Shown piece after piece: positions 11,016-21,435 of a DNA stretch of 64,000 bases; position 1 is the stretch's first letter, and each line of letters begins with the position of its first letter. The notes under the pieces are model-generated. The model worked only from the letters and a program-made list of their open reading frames with translations, had not been told where the DNA came from and did no database searches. The DNA comes from Williopsis jadinii. Taxonomy: Eukaryota. The DNA is taken from assembly GCA_024346625.1 (NCBI GenBank), contig AP024668.1, positions 372,001-436,000 on the forward strand. Reading direction: 5' to 3'. The position numbers and the translations under genes are program-made.

Positions 11016-12632
11016 TCAAGCAAGAGAGTTGTCAGAGTTGGAAGAGTTGTTCTTCTCCAGGACACCTTCTTCAATGTTTGTAACCTGAGGCTTGTCAAAG
11101 GCCTCGTCATTGTCGATAGCATTCTTTGAATACTTGTGATCGGTTGGGATGAAGTTGGATGATTGCCAGGCCTTGGAGTATGTGGCATAGAGCTCGTCCA
11201 CTTGTTCCAGAGTAAGGTTCTTTGTTTCGTAGATGAAGTAGAAAGCAAAGAAAAAGCAGAGAAAGTTACAACCACCCCAGATGAAGAACACGTTGGACTT
11301 CAAACCAGCAGAGCCCGGAGCCTCATCAACCAAGTATGGTGTAGCATAGGCAATTGCAAAGTTGAACAACCAGTTGGAGGCAGTGGAAAGTGCAACAGAC
11401 TTGGCTCTTGTCTTCAATGGCATAATCTCACCGGTAATGACCCAAGCAACAGGACCCCATGTGGCAGCAAAGAACGCGATGAAAATACAGGTGAAACCAA
11501 CCATACACTTGTTGGCAGCATCGGAATTGGTAGCGGCTCCAACAATGGCAATGATAAGCTGGGAAACACACATACCAGCAGCACCTCCCAGAAGAAGTGA
11601 ACGACGACCCAGGAACTCAACCAAGATGATACCTGGAATAGTGGAACCGACATTGACAATATTCGTAGCCAAAGTGATTGTGAATTCGTTCTTAATACCA
11701 GATTGCTTGAAGAAAGTTGTACCGTAGTAAAAGATGAAGTTAATACCAGTCAATTGTTGGAATGCTTGCAAGAGGATACCTGTCATGACACGCTTCAACT
11801 GAGAGTTTCCGAGTCTGAAACAGTCCAACCAACTACCCTTACCATCGGATATTTCATACTCGTAGTTTGCAGTAATCTCACCAAGCTCGTCGATAAGAAC
11901 TGGGTGGTCAACTGGCAATCTTCTGAGTCTTGAAAGGGACTCCATAGCCTTGTCTTGTTGTCCCTTCTTAACGTAGAATCTTGGAGTTTCTGGAAGCATG
12001 AACAAACCACTGGCCAAAATGATAGACCATAGGAACTGAATGGCAAATGGAATTCTGTAAGAACCACTGTCATTTCTATCTTTGGTACCTTGGTTAACAC
12101 AAGAAGCCAAAAGCAAACCGATGGTGATAGCCCATTGATAACAGGAAACAACAGCACCACGGATCCACTTTGGTGTGGTTTCAGATTGGTACAACGGAAC
12201 ACAAGCTGAGATCAAACCAACACCAAGACCACCAATGGCTCTACCGGCAACAAGCACTGGGATATCTGTAGCAGCAACTTGCAAAATGACACCAACATTA
12301 AAGACAAACATACAGGAGAGAATGATAGTCCAACGACGACCAAGAGTATCAGAGAAATATGGAGCAATCATAGCACCACAGAAAGTACCAGCAGACAAGA
12401 TGGACACGATCAAAGAGTGTTCACCAGAGGTGAACTCACCAGGAGTATCTGGGAATCTTTCGAGCACATAGTTCATGGCCAAGACACCTGAAATAGTACC
12501 GGTATCGTAACCATAAAGGATACCACCGCATGCAGCAAACATACCCACAAAGATAGCCATGAAGGTGGAACCTTCTGTCTTCTCGTCGGGGTTGAAGAGG
12601 GTTTTCACGAGTTTTCTATCTGTAATACCCAT
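11016..12632 (-). CDS. MFS sugar porter; high-affinity glucose transporter of the Snf3/Rgt2-related clade, without the long sensor tail
   Basis: GGILYGYDTGTISG, DTLGRR, PLYQSETTPKWIRG, PETPR, QQLTGINFIFYYG, YETKNLTLEQVDE; short C-terminus. Confidence 0.92.
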   Translation of the reverse strand: MGITDRKLVKTLFNPDEKTEGSTFMAIFVGMFAACGGILYGYDTGTISGVLAMNYVLERFPDTPGEFTSGEHSLIVSILSAGTFCGAMIAPYFSDTLGRRWTIILSCMFVFNVGVILQVAATDIPVLVAGRAIGGLGVGLISACVPLYQSETTPKWIRGAVVSCYQWAITIGLLLASCVNQGTKDRNDSGSYRIPFAIQFLWSIILASGLFMLPETPRFYVKKGQQDKAMESLSRLRRLPVDHPVLIDELGEITANYEYEISDGKGSWLDCFRLGNSQLKRVMTGILLQAFQQLTGINFIFYYGTTFFKQSGIKNEFTITLATNIVNVGSTIPGIILVEFLGRRSLLLGGAAGMCVSQLIIAIVGAATNSDAANKCMVGFTCIFIAFFAATWGPVAWVITGEIMPLKTRAKSVALSTASNWLFNFAIAYATPYLVDEAPGSAGLKSNVFFIWGGCNFLCFFFAFYFIYETKNLTLEQVDELYATYSKAWQSSNFIPTDHKYSKNAIDNDEAFDKPQVTNIEEGVLEKNNSSNSDNSLA

Positions 12633-12839
12633 TTTGTAATTGATATATCAGAATAAGTGGGATAGGAATCTGTATAAAGAATGATGAACTAACAATATGT
12701 TGTTTGTAGATGAAAAAGAATGGAAGGAAACCTCCTTTTATAATGATTCTGAAACAGCTCGCTGGCTGGTCTGAAGTTCCACATCTGGATTCTGCTGTAG
12801 CGCATACTCTATGGATAAACTTGATGCAACACGAACTAT

Positions 12840-13108
12840 CGGAGCAATTTCGTTTAAAGTTCCACCCATGGACCAAAAAGTGGGGTGCGCCTGGAAAATT
12901 GTTGGCAAGAATTCACAGAGTTGACTCCAGTTTATTGCAGCAATTCTGTAATACTCCCTTATAATTTCGGTGAAACTCGTTCACTCTCATAGAAATTACT
13001 GCAACTATCTGCGGGCGTGGAAAAATCACTCCTGTACACAAACGTTTAATGACCCGGAATAACTTCGAAGTGATGCAGACTCATGCAGCAACGAAAAATT
13101 TTCCCCGC
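12840..13108. promoter_or_regulatory. Candidate Rgt1 and Mig1 sites upstream of the hexose transporter
   Basis: CGGAGCA at 12840 and CGGAATA at 13055 (CGGANNA); AAAAAGTGGGG at 12875-12885; CCCCGC at 13103-13108. Confidence 0.4.
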
Positions 13109-14694
13109 CATATTGCCGCTTTATATGTTGAATTGGTTCTATCGCACGTACGGCAGAGAGAGAAAGGGCTAGAAGAGCAACAGGCTGCTAACAATCTGGC
13201 GGTGTTTGACTATGATGTTGGTGAAATAAAGACGACGATAGTGTTCATTTGCCTTCGTCTGAAGGGTTATTAAACAAGACTAACCATGTCTTTGAGAAAG
13301 TTTATCTAATGAGTCGAACGACCGTTAGTGCTTCTCACGGTTCTCGAAAAAAGCAATAGAGTTCATGAAACAAAATGTCTTATAATCCATATTGCGACGT
13401 CACACAGGACATAATGAAGGTGGGAGAAAAGTTGCATGCAAATCTCGTAAGTGGACTATATGAGTAAGTTGACCACGTAATTATGAATGTGAGTAGATCC
13501 GAAGGGAGAGCTGAGAACGCCGCATAGCACAGGACACATTTGTGGGGAATCTTTACTTCAAGAAAAGGACCACTTGCTACAATATCTACATTGACAATCA
13601 CAGTGTGTGCCTGATTGTTCAAATTCCCTTGTTCGTCTATGACTCCAGAGTGACGAGCGTAGGTAATGGCATGATCCAGAGACGTTTTGTAGCGGAACAG
13701 TCCGCCACTCAAAAGGTCGATCAAGGAAAAACATATCATTTAGCTGCAGATGACTTTGTCGGCACAGGGGAAGGTCGTAAGTGGACTCATTTTAGATGCC
13801 TAGACCTCCTTTCGAAGAGGCCAAACTTCTTGCGTGTTTTTAATAATTTTTTGTGTGTACACATCTGTATGTGGTATTTATCCCGTGCTAAAGAATAACG
13901 AGTGTTTATTCCGCACCAGTGTATGAGTGTTCATCCAAGCCAAAGAACAACGTGTGTTTATCCATGTCAAAGAAACATAACCAAAGCCCCCGTCAATGAG
14001 AATTGTTGGCAAAGAATAATCACCAAGGCACGAGCTTGTTTATTGCTGGGGGTCCAGAGGAGGTCGTCCCTGAGCCCTGAAAAAATGGCAAGGCCGCCGC
14101 TCGTAAGATATCGGAATAACTGCCCCAAGTTGATGCATGCGCCTTGGAAAAACTGAAATTCTCCGGGACGTTGCAACTTGCAACATCGCTATGCATCTAG
14201 ATTCCGCTACAGACCTTGGGGCCCTCAGACTAATGAGGGATATGTTGGCACTCTCACAAGAAACGAGGGGGATCATTGTAGACCACATATGGTCATCCGA
14301 ACAACAAGCTCATTCATCGTTATCGAAACAATACAGAACAGCTTTAAAACACATTATTCATATTCATAAATTTGGGATAAGAATCAATAAGAAAGACTCC
14401 GAGGTCGATTAACGGATCGTGCCCCCATATCCCACCAGCTAAGGCATATATAAAAAAACACAAGTACACCTAATTAACACCAAGAAACCAAAAAAAGAAA
14501 GGGGTTAACAAAACTTTAGTTTACATGCATCCAGTGACAGAATGTAGCTGGCAGTGAGACTGTTCTTTCCAGTCCCCCATGTTACCAATTAACATTCGAT
14601 ACAATTCCAGAGAACGACACGTTGATGCATTCGATAACCTCGTCTTGTGTTAAGTCGCACAGCAACCAACTCCCCATGTTACCAAGCGATGGTT

Positions 14695-15867
14695 TTAATC
14701 CCATCTAGCCTGGATAACGTTATAGCTCTTTGGTTTCTCAACGAGACCATCGTCAACAACCTCGAACTCCTGCCAGGTGTGCTCAGCGTACTCGACAACC
14801 TTCTTCTGGATGAAGTCGATGGTGGACAGTTGGTCGAAGCCGTCACCATTCTCAATGGATTCGTTGATGGTCTTCTTCAAGTGAGCCAATCTGTCCTCCA
14901 AGACACCAATGCGGTAGTTCATGTATTCCTGGTAGAAGTCGTTGTATCTTGAAGCACTCAGCTCAGATGGTTTGACAGTGGTGATTGGAGATTCATCCAA
15001 CAACGTGTCTTTTGGTCTGTAACTGCAGACAGAGGTGATTCTCTCGACGTAATCACCGCGAGGCTTTGTGGCGATGTGCTTAAGGATACGACCTTGAAGA
15101 ATGTTACACCAGCCTTGCTTTGGTCCTTCAACCTTGATAACGTTGCCATCTCCCGTGGTCAAGGCGGTCTCACCACCAATCATGTCGGTGGTATCACTCA
15201 TCATCAACACAGAAACAAACTGTGGAGAGTCAAAGTGCCATGCGACAATACCCGGCATGTCTTCGGCCTTCTTGGCCTCCTCATCAAGCTTGATGATCTT
15301 TGTCGTGTCCTGCTTGATGGAAACGTTGATGTGACCAATCTCGTAATCGAATTGGTGGACAAGCTCAACACCAGCCATCGTGGAGATGATCTCCAAGACC
15401 TTTGGATGGTTCCAGGCTTGGTATGTGAATGGACTGTACTTTTTCGCATAGCCTCTGATGTAGAAGTCCATGTCACCGGTTGTGGAGTGATCATTGACAC
15501 GGCCACAGTTCATGAAGCACTCCTTCTGGAACATCTCCCATCTCATGATGGCGATGGCCTCCTTTGTGAACAGTGGGAAAGGCTCAGACACACCGATTGG
15601 CGAGATCGGCTCCTGGTGTGTCTTGGTAACACCCAAGTCCTTCAAGGTGATACGCTTGGTTTTCTCGTAGTAGTCATCAGTGAAGAGTAAGTGACGACCA
15701 AGGTCAAACTGCACGTTGGCAGGGTCCTTGATGCCGAAATGCTCCATCTCAGCGAGAAGCGGAGCGACAGACCTCTCATAGACGGAGTCTGGAATGCTCC
15801 ACTTCTTGTTATCGTTGATGACGTCTTCGGTGAGCTTAACTGGTCTTTGAGCGACTGCGATTGGCAT
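14695..15867 (-). CDS. Uncharacterised fungal 2-oxoglutarate/Fe(II) dioxygenase-fold protein
   Basis: ATG at 15867 (MPIAVAQR). HxD in VAWHFDS, GGET, distal His in LQGRILKHIA, Arg in ERITSVCSYRPK. Confidence 0.8.
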   Translation of the reverse strand: MPIAVAQRPVKLTEDVINDNKKWSIPDSVYERSVAPLLAEMEHFGIKDPANVQFDLGRHLLFTDDYYEKTKRITLKDLGVTKTHQEPISPIGVSEPFPLFTKEAIAIMRWEMFQKECFMNCGRVNDHSTTGDMDFYIRGYAKKYSPFTYQAWNHPKVLEIISTMAGVELVHQFDYEIGHINVSIKQDTTKIIKLDEEAKKAEDMPGIVAWHFDSPQFVSVLMMSDTTDMIGGETALTTGDGNVIKVEGPKQGWCNILQGRILKHIATKPRGDYVERITSVCSYRPKDTLLDESPITTVKPSELSASRYNDFYQEYMNYRIGVLEDRLAHLKKTINESIENGDGFDQLSTIDFIQKKVVEYAEHTWQEFEVVDDGLVEKPKSYNVIQARWD

Positions 15868-17555
15868 TATGTCTCTGGCAATAGAGCTATGTGGTGATAG
15901 TGCTGGAGGATACAGGCTGAGCTGGCGATGTTGAGAGACAAACAGAGGCTCTTTTATACACTTCAAAACGGGGTGTCCTTCACAGCAGATCACCTGAGTT
16001 GGTGATACTCGTTTACTTTCCCATGGGGTAATAGCAAGAGAGAAGACATATATCGCTGAAGGCCATAGATTAGCGACACTAAACCCCCTTGAAATTTACA
16101 TCTACTTATCTACGTACATATTGTCACACTGGTGTACTCTGCACTGTATCAGCAGCAACAACCATGTACCTCAACCACATATCCAGCTGCGTGTGCGTAT
16201 CTTCTTTTAGTGGAGGGAGGAATGGCTTTCAACATCGAGGCCCACTGCCTAGATAACATCAAAAGCCCTGATAAGCCCTGATCTACCAGGACGAGTTCCC
16301 GTTAACTCGAAAAGGCTCGAGTGAACATATCGACCGTTCTGGGCCCTCGAGAGCGTCGTCTGTGGCTACTCCATGGGGGTTTATAAGGACTCGTGCTCGA
16401 CTTCCCTGTAAGAGTGCACGCTTATCAGTTCAAAGGACATATTCCCCTTTTAGGACTAAAGATCCTCATCTCCGGTAAGGCGATAGGGCAGGCCAGGCAC
16501 CACCACCCATATCGGGCCCTCATGGCGTAGAATCCCACTGTAGAGACGGAGGCTCCGGCTGTTCATAGGGAGAGCACGGGGTGCTGGTTCCGAGGAGTGA
16601 GGAAACAGCCCAGAGTAACGGACAGCGAGCCGATAAGTGCTAGCGAGAGGATGTTTGGTGACACCAGCAGGCGTGAAGGACTGCTCGTGAAGGATGGCTT
16701 CAGAGAGACGGCACATGGTTCAGAGTCAGGGTGCTCCAGCAGCTTGTTGACTCTGTCCAGGTGCCCTGGTGCTAAAAACTTGACGGCGTGGGATCTCTTG
16801 CCCTTATCAAGGTTGTTGGCCCTTGCATAGGAACGCAGAATCAGCTACACACAGCGTTGTGGTTCCCTGGGCTCCTGGAGGCCTCCGTTGTCGCTGGTGT
16901 GGGTGTGTTGATGGTGACATCCATGTGAAGCGTGGTTACTGGTGCTTGTAGAACTCATGGCCCTTGTAGGCTGCTAGAAGGCTTCTCTCTTTGTCTCGGG
17001 TTAGGTGACGGTTATGGTCTTCGCAGCCGGCCGGCGAGTTATGCCAGACATCAATTGACTCTCCCGGCCTCCATTGAATCTCCTGGTGCATATGTGTGTG
17101 TACGTGTCGGTGATTATTTATCCCCTTTAGGCGTTTTATGACAGAGTGTTTGCGAGCCGGTGCGCTGCAGCGTACTCCTTCATGCACACGTCATTGGATA
17201 GAAGCCACTCATCTCCACGGGTTACCCCAAGCACAACACAGTGCTCAAGAGAGAAGTACGCACTCGACCGAGATAACAGCTGTAACGTCGCATAGAAAGG
17301 CACAGTGACGTGTACGCGTGAAGGAATCCTTATCAAGATATCACCAGGGCTACCATTACCAGAGTGCGGTTGTGCGCTGTAGATAGGATATCACCAAAAT
17401 AGTGGTTGTTGATCCAGCACAACCATGCGTCAGCGTTGGATGATAACGCTACAGGCTGATCTCCAAGACGTATATAATGAGCTCCAATCCTTGCCAGCGG
17501 AGGGCTATGTAGTTACCGTGGACCTGGCCATTATCATTGTCCAAACACACCAGCC

Positions 17556-19244
17556 ATGTCCTTATCGTCTGATGATATGAAGAAACAAGTGAATGTCGAG
17601 ACCGGCTCTCTAGCGAGCATCCGCTCGGATATCGAGGTGGGCTCAACAACTTCAACGTTTACAAGCCCACACATCAACACCACGAAGCGGACTCTCAACT
17701 CGAGAACCTTGCACATGATTGCCATTGGTGGGTCCATTGGCACTGCGCTCTTTGTCACCATCTCCACGGGCCTGCTCTACGGCGGGCCGCTTGGTCTGCT
17801 GCTTGCCTTTATGATCTGGACTGGTGTCATCTTCGGTGTCACCGCTAGTTGTGGTGAGTTCGTCTGCTTCTTGCCTATCGAGTCGCCATTCATAACCATG
17901 GCTGGCCGTTGTGTGAACAAGTCTTACGAGGCCGCTGTCGCCTGGAACTACTTCCTCATGATTTCCATCTACATCCCCTTCGAAATCACAGCGGTTAACG
18001 GTATGATCCACTATTGGAGAGACGATTACTCTGCCGCAATCACGTTTTGCATCCAGATCTTCATCTACACCATGCTTAACGTCCTTGCCGTGAGATGGTT
18101 CGGTGAGTCAGAGTTCTACCTGTCCATAGGTAAGGTTGTGTTGGCTATTGGGCTGATCTTCTTCACGTTCATCACCATGGTCGGCGGCAACCCACAACAC
18201 GAGGCTTTTGGTTTCCGCTACTGGAATAACCCTGGTCCACTGGTGGAAGTCTACACAACGGGCTCTATGGGCAATTTCCATGGGTTCATGGCAGCCATGA
18301 ACAAGGCATGTTTCACCATTGTTGGTCCGGAGTACTTGTCCATGGTTGCTGATGAGGCTGGCCAGGAGACCAGAAAGGTCCTCGCCAGTACCTTCAGAAC
18401 CGTGTTCTACAGACTGATTGTGTTCTACATCATCGGTGCCCTGTCTGTCGGAGTCCTTGTCGCCTCTAACGACCCAACTCTTGTTGCGCTGGCATCGATG
18501 GGCTCCACCTCCAACGGCTCCTACTCGCCTTACATCATCGCCATGAACAACATGGGCATCAACGTCCTACCGGATATCGTCAACGTGCTCTGTGTCACTT
18601 CAGCATTCTCCGCAGGTAACTCGTATGTCTACTGCTCCTCTCGTGCGCTCTACGGTATGTCGAAGAACGGGCTTGTTCCTAAATTCTTCCAGTACTGTAC
18701 AAAGGAAGGTGTTCCACTGTTCTGTGTAGGAATTGCATTCTGCTTCTCTCTGTTGTCGTTGCTCCAGCTTGGTGAGAACGCCTCAAAGGTTCTGAATTGG
18801 ATCGTGAACCTGTGCTCCGGTGCTCAGATTCTCAACTACTTCTTCATGTGTGTTACCTACATCGGGTTCTACCGTGCCGTGAAAGCACAGGGATTGGACA
18901 GACGCTTGTTCCCTTATAGATCATGGTTCCAACCTTACTTAGCCATCTTCTGTGGATTCTTGATCCTTTGTATGGTTGGTGCCCTTGGATACACCGTTTT
19001 CATGCCAGGCAACTGGAGTGTTGAGAACTTCTTGACTTACTACTTGATGGTCCTCCTGTCCATCGGTATCTTCCTCGTTCATCTCGCTGTTTACCGCACA
19101 AAGCTCGTTGACCCAGCTCAAGCAGACTTGCACACAGGCATCGAGGAGGTGCTGCTACACGAACAGACATACCTGGAGGAGCAGGAAAAGAACAATCATG
19201 GAAAGAAGAGCTGGAGCAATAAGATCCTGGATACTATTTTCTGA
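17556..19244 (+). CDS. Amino-acid permease (APC/YAT family), Agp2-like
   Basis: RTLHMIAIGGSIGTALF, FGESEF, GFRYWNNPG, SAFSAGNSYVYCSSRALY; about 12 TM segments. Confidence 0.9.
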   Translation: MSLSSDDMKKQVNVETGSLASIRSDIEVGSTTSTFTSPHINTTKRTLNSRTLHMIAIGGSIGTALFVTISTGLLYGGPLGLLLAFMIWTGVIFGVTASCGEFVCFLPIESPFITMAGRCVNKSYEAAVAWNYFLMISIYIPFEITAVNGMIHYWRDDYSAAITFCIQIFIYTMLNVLAVRWFGESEFYLSIGKVVLAIGLIFFTFITMVGGNPQHEAFGFRYWNNPGPLVEVYTTGSMGNFHGFMAAMNKACFTIVGPEYLSMVADEAGQETRKVLASTFRTVFYRLIVFYIIGALSVGVLVASNDPTLVALASMGSTSNGSYSPYIIAMNNMGINVLPDIVNVLCVTSAFSAGNSYVYCSSRALYGMSKNGLVPKFFQYCTKEGVPLFCVGIAFCFSLLSLLQLGENASKVLNWIVNLCSGAQILNYFFMCVTYIGFYRAVKAQGLDRRLFPYRSWFQPYLAIFCGFLILCMVGALGYTVFMPGNWSVENFLTYYLMVLLSIGIFLVHLAVYRTKLVDPAQADLHTGIEEVLLHEQTYLEEQEKNNHGKKSWSNKILDTIF

Positions 19245-19470
19245 TGCAATTGTTGGCTCCATCTCTGTCTTGTATAGCACTTATCTATGAGCAGGTCTCG
19301 TGGGTGAGAACCAGTATTTATTGTCGTTAACCATGTTCAAATGTTTCCAAATCTAAACCATTGTATACTTTTATTCATATAAAGCAACCCTTTGGCGAAT
19401 ATTTGTTTCTAACCGTTGCATACATGGGCGTAGCCGGGACCTACCAAAGTGGAGCGAGTTACACATTAGA

Positions 19471-19540
19471 ATGATACTATTAAAATGATACTATTAAAAT
19501 GATACTATTAAAATGATACTATTAAAATGATACTATTAAA
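19471..19540 (+). repeat. Perfect 14-bp tandem repeat (ATGATACTATTAAA) x5 at the element's 5' end
   Basis: Read directly; copy B has only a single related unit (ATGATACTTATAAA). Confidence 0.95.
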
Positions 19541-19939
19541 ATAGGAAACTGGCGGTCAATTCTCCACAAGATATACCAAAATCCAGTTAATATTCGAGAA
19601 AGGAGTTATACAAAGTATAAACATTTAATCGTAAATACAGAATGTGATATAACCATTCATAGTTTGTATGGTATAATCAAGAAAAAACGCATAAATGTGC
19701 TTATACCTCAGCAACAAAACAACAATTGGGAAACCAAGCGAAGAAAATGAAATAACAGATCAGTATCTTCATATACACCGGCTGCCAGCTTATATGGTTG
19801 AGTGGTGTTTTCAAAATAAACCATGACGTTGCTTCATATATGTAAGTCTTGCTCTTCGTTGCCCCAGCAATCGTAAAAATGCAAGGATGTTTTCAATCCT
19901 CGCCGCATTGTTTACATTTTAAATTCTCATCAACACAAA

Positions 19940-20990
19940 ATGACACAATACCAGTACAGCTTTATACATAGAATCAAAAAACATCACCAAAGAATGACCA
20001 GAAACAAAACATCAGGCAATAAAAGCAGAAGGGACCCTAGAATACTTCCCGGGAAAGGACCGATGACTCTTCATGGAACCTTCCAACAGCGCGCTCAACT
20101 TGGAGAAGAAACATCAGCGGCTAATCCAGAACCACAGCGGCAATTTGAAACTGATGGAGGTACGACACAACAAGAAGACCCAGTGATTATTGAGAACAAC
20201 TAACTGACCTGTTTTAAGACCAAGATGTGGAACCAGGAAACCTCCTTGTTCTGTCACAGAATGCCGCTGCAGAGATCACAGTCTTACCACAACAACCGCC
20301 GTTACCTGAACCTCAGCCTGAACCTGAACCTGATAGTGGAACCATGGCGGATGGAATAAGTGTTGAGGCAGATGTAGCAGCGAGAGCGTTAGAAGAACTT
20401 AAACGTGATGGTGCCTTTGACTGTGAACCCTACTTTGAATATATCATGAATAATGATGATCTATTTTATGACGAACCGCAACAGTGGAGACCACGGAGCT
20501 CTGTGTGCAATTGAGATTGTTCTGAAGAGTGCTGCGGTTATTGTAATGCGCTCGTTATCGAGGTTGAATTACCTGTCTTTATATCGGATGAAAGCCTTCT
20601 ACATTGAGGTATTCAAAGAACCGCCGCAGTACATGAAATGTATCTTATTGGATCCAATAATGTCCAAATGTTCTCGAGCAATCAATACAATCCTTTTGTA
20701 TCGTTCTTGGATGCTAACAGTACTAGTTATTTAAGAGGGGTGGAACGTACTCAATGGCTATCAACGAGCGTTTATTCCATAGAGTTGATGGTATGGTTAC
20801 TCAGGAAAATGACCAAGAGAAGGTTACAGAAATCTAAACTCTGGATCCTGGATTGAGCACAAATCGTCATCTTGAACTGCTTAGAGATATTCTTCAAAAT
20901 GATGAAGAATACAACAAACTTGAGGTCCATATTGGCAAGATTGGTGAGTTTGTCTCTCAACAGAAGCCTCATGCACAGCTAGACGCATAA
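19940..20990 (+). pseudogene. Helitron Rep/helicase N-terminal region, disrupted by stops and frameshifts
   Basis: Colinear fragments across frames: CGYCNALVIEVE / FKEPPQYMKCILLDPIMSKCSR / QYNPFVSF / GGTYSMAINERLFHRVDGMV...EI*TLDPGLSTNR / KIGEFVSQQKPHAQ. These match the order of the RepHel motifs CxxCxAxxxxxE, PPxxLxxLL, YNxxFAF, GPYxFxIxGxxYHRIGSL, QxYxxD, LQxMLxxxNPY. Confidence 0.7.
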
Positions 20991-21079
20991 ACGACGAGAT
21001 AGATCTTTTCCATACTAACAGGACTTAGATAAGTGTCATGCTAACTATCCACATCATGCACACGTTTGCGGATACATAT

Positions 21080-21310
21080 ACGAAATCTCACGCTACAGTT
21101 ATAGGTGACTCTTTAGGCGTAGATTTCGTGAGTTTGAAAATCATCATTTCATTGAACGAGGGACCAAGGCATTGAAGTCAATACCCGACGGGCCGCGGCG
21201 CAAGCTGATCCCGTAGGTGGTGGTTGATTGGAGATTTACCCGTGGCATTAGCTAAACACTACAAATCAACGCGTGATTTTACCCTTCATTCACGCAGGAA
21301 CCACCTATAG
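21080..21310 (+). ncRNA. Candidate structured RNA or transposon-end structure (identity unknown)
   Basis: Stems: ACGAAATCT 21080-88 / AGATTTCGT 21121-29 plus ACGC/GCGT; ACGGG/CCCGT 21188-21214 enclosing CGGC-GCAA-GCTG; TAGGTGGT 21214-21 / ACCACCTA 21300-07 enclosing GTTGATT/AATCAAC and GCGTGA/TCACGC. Confidence 0.45.
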
Positions 21311-21435
21311 TCACAGTGCTAGCCATTTTATTATCCACTCTACAGGACTCGTTATCCATATAATCTATTAGAAATCAAATTAAATATCCATCAAGGACGT
21401 GTTTGCAGAAACTAAATACAATGAGCTTAGGGAGT

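Larger units (their letters stand above)
19466..21322 (+). mobile_element. Decayed, internally deleted Helitron-like element (copy A); right boundary approximate
   Basis: AT-rich insert between two convergent permease genes. 19466-20080 is homologous to 60117-59560 (minus). It contains RepHel N-terminal motifs and ends in a multi-hairpin region, with a CTAG at 21319-21322. Confidence 0.7.

Noticed and set aside
16450..17190. GC-richer short ORFs between the dioxygenase and the permease
   Set aside because: No recognisable family in any frame; treated as promoter DNA.
19471..19540. CRISPR-like or telomeric array
   Set aside because: No spacers, eukaryotic context, AT-rich unit unlike yeast telomere repeats; better explained as an amplified element terminus.
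20944..21020. Apparent intron GTGAGT...TACTAACAG in the Helitron remnant
   Set aside because: Splicing gives an immediate stop, while the unspliced frame continues the RepHel-like motif (GEFVSQQKPHAQ); probably coincidental.
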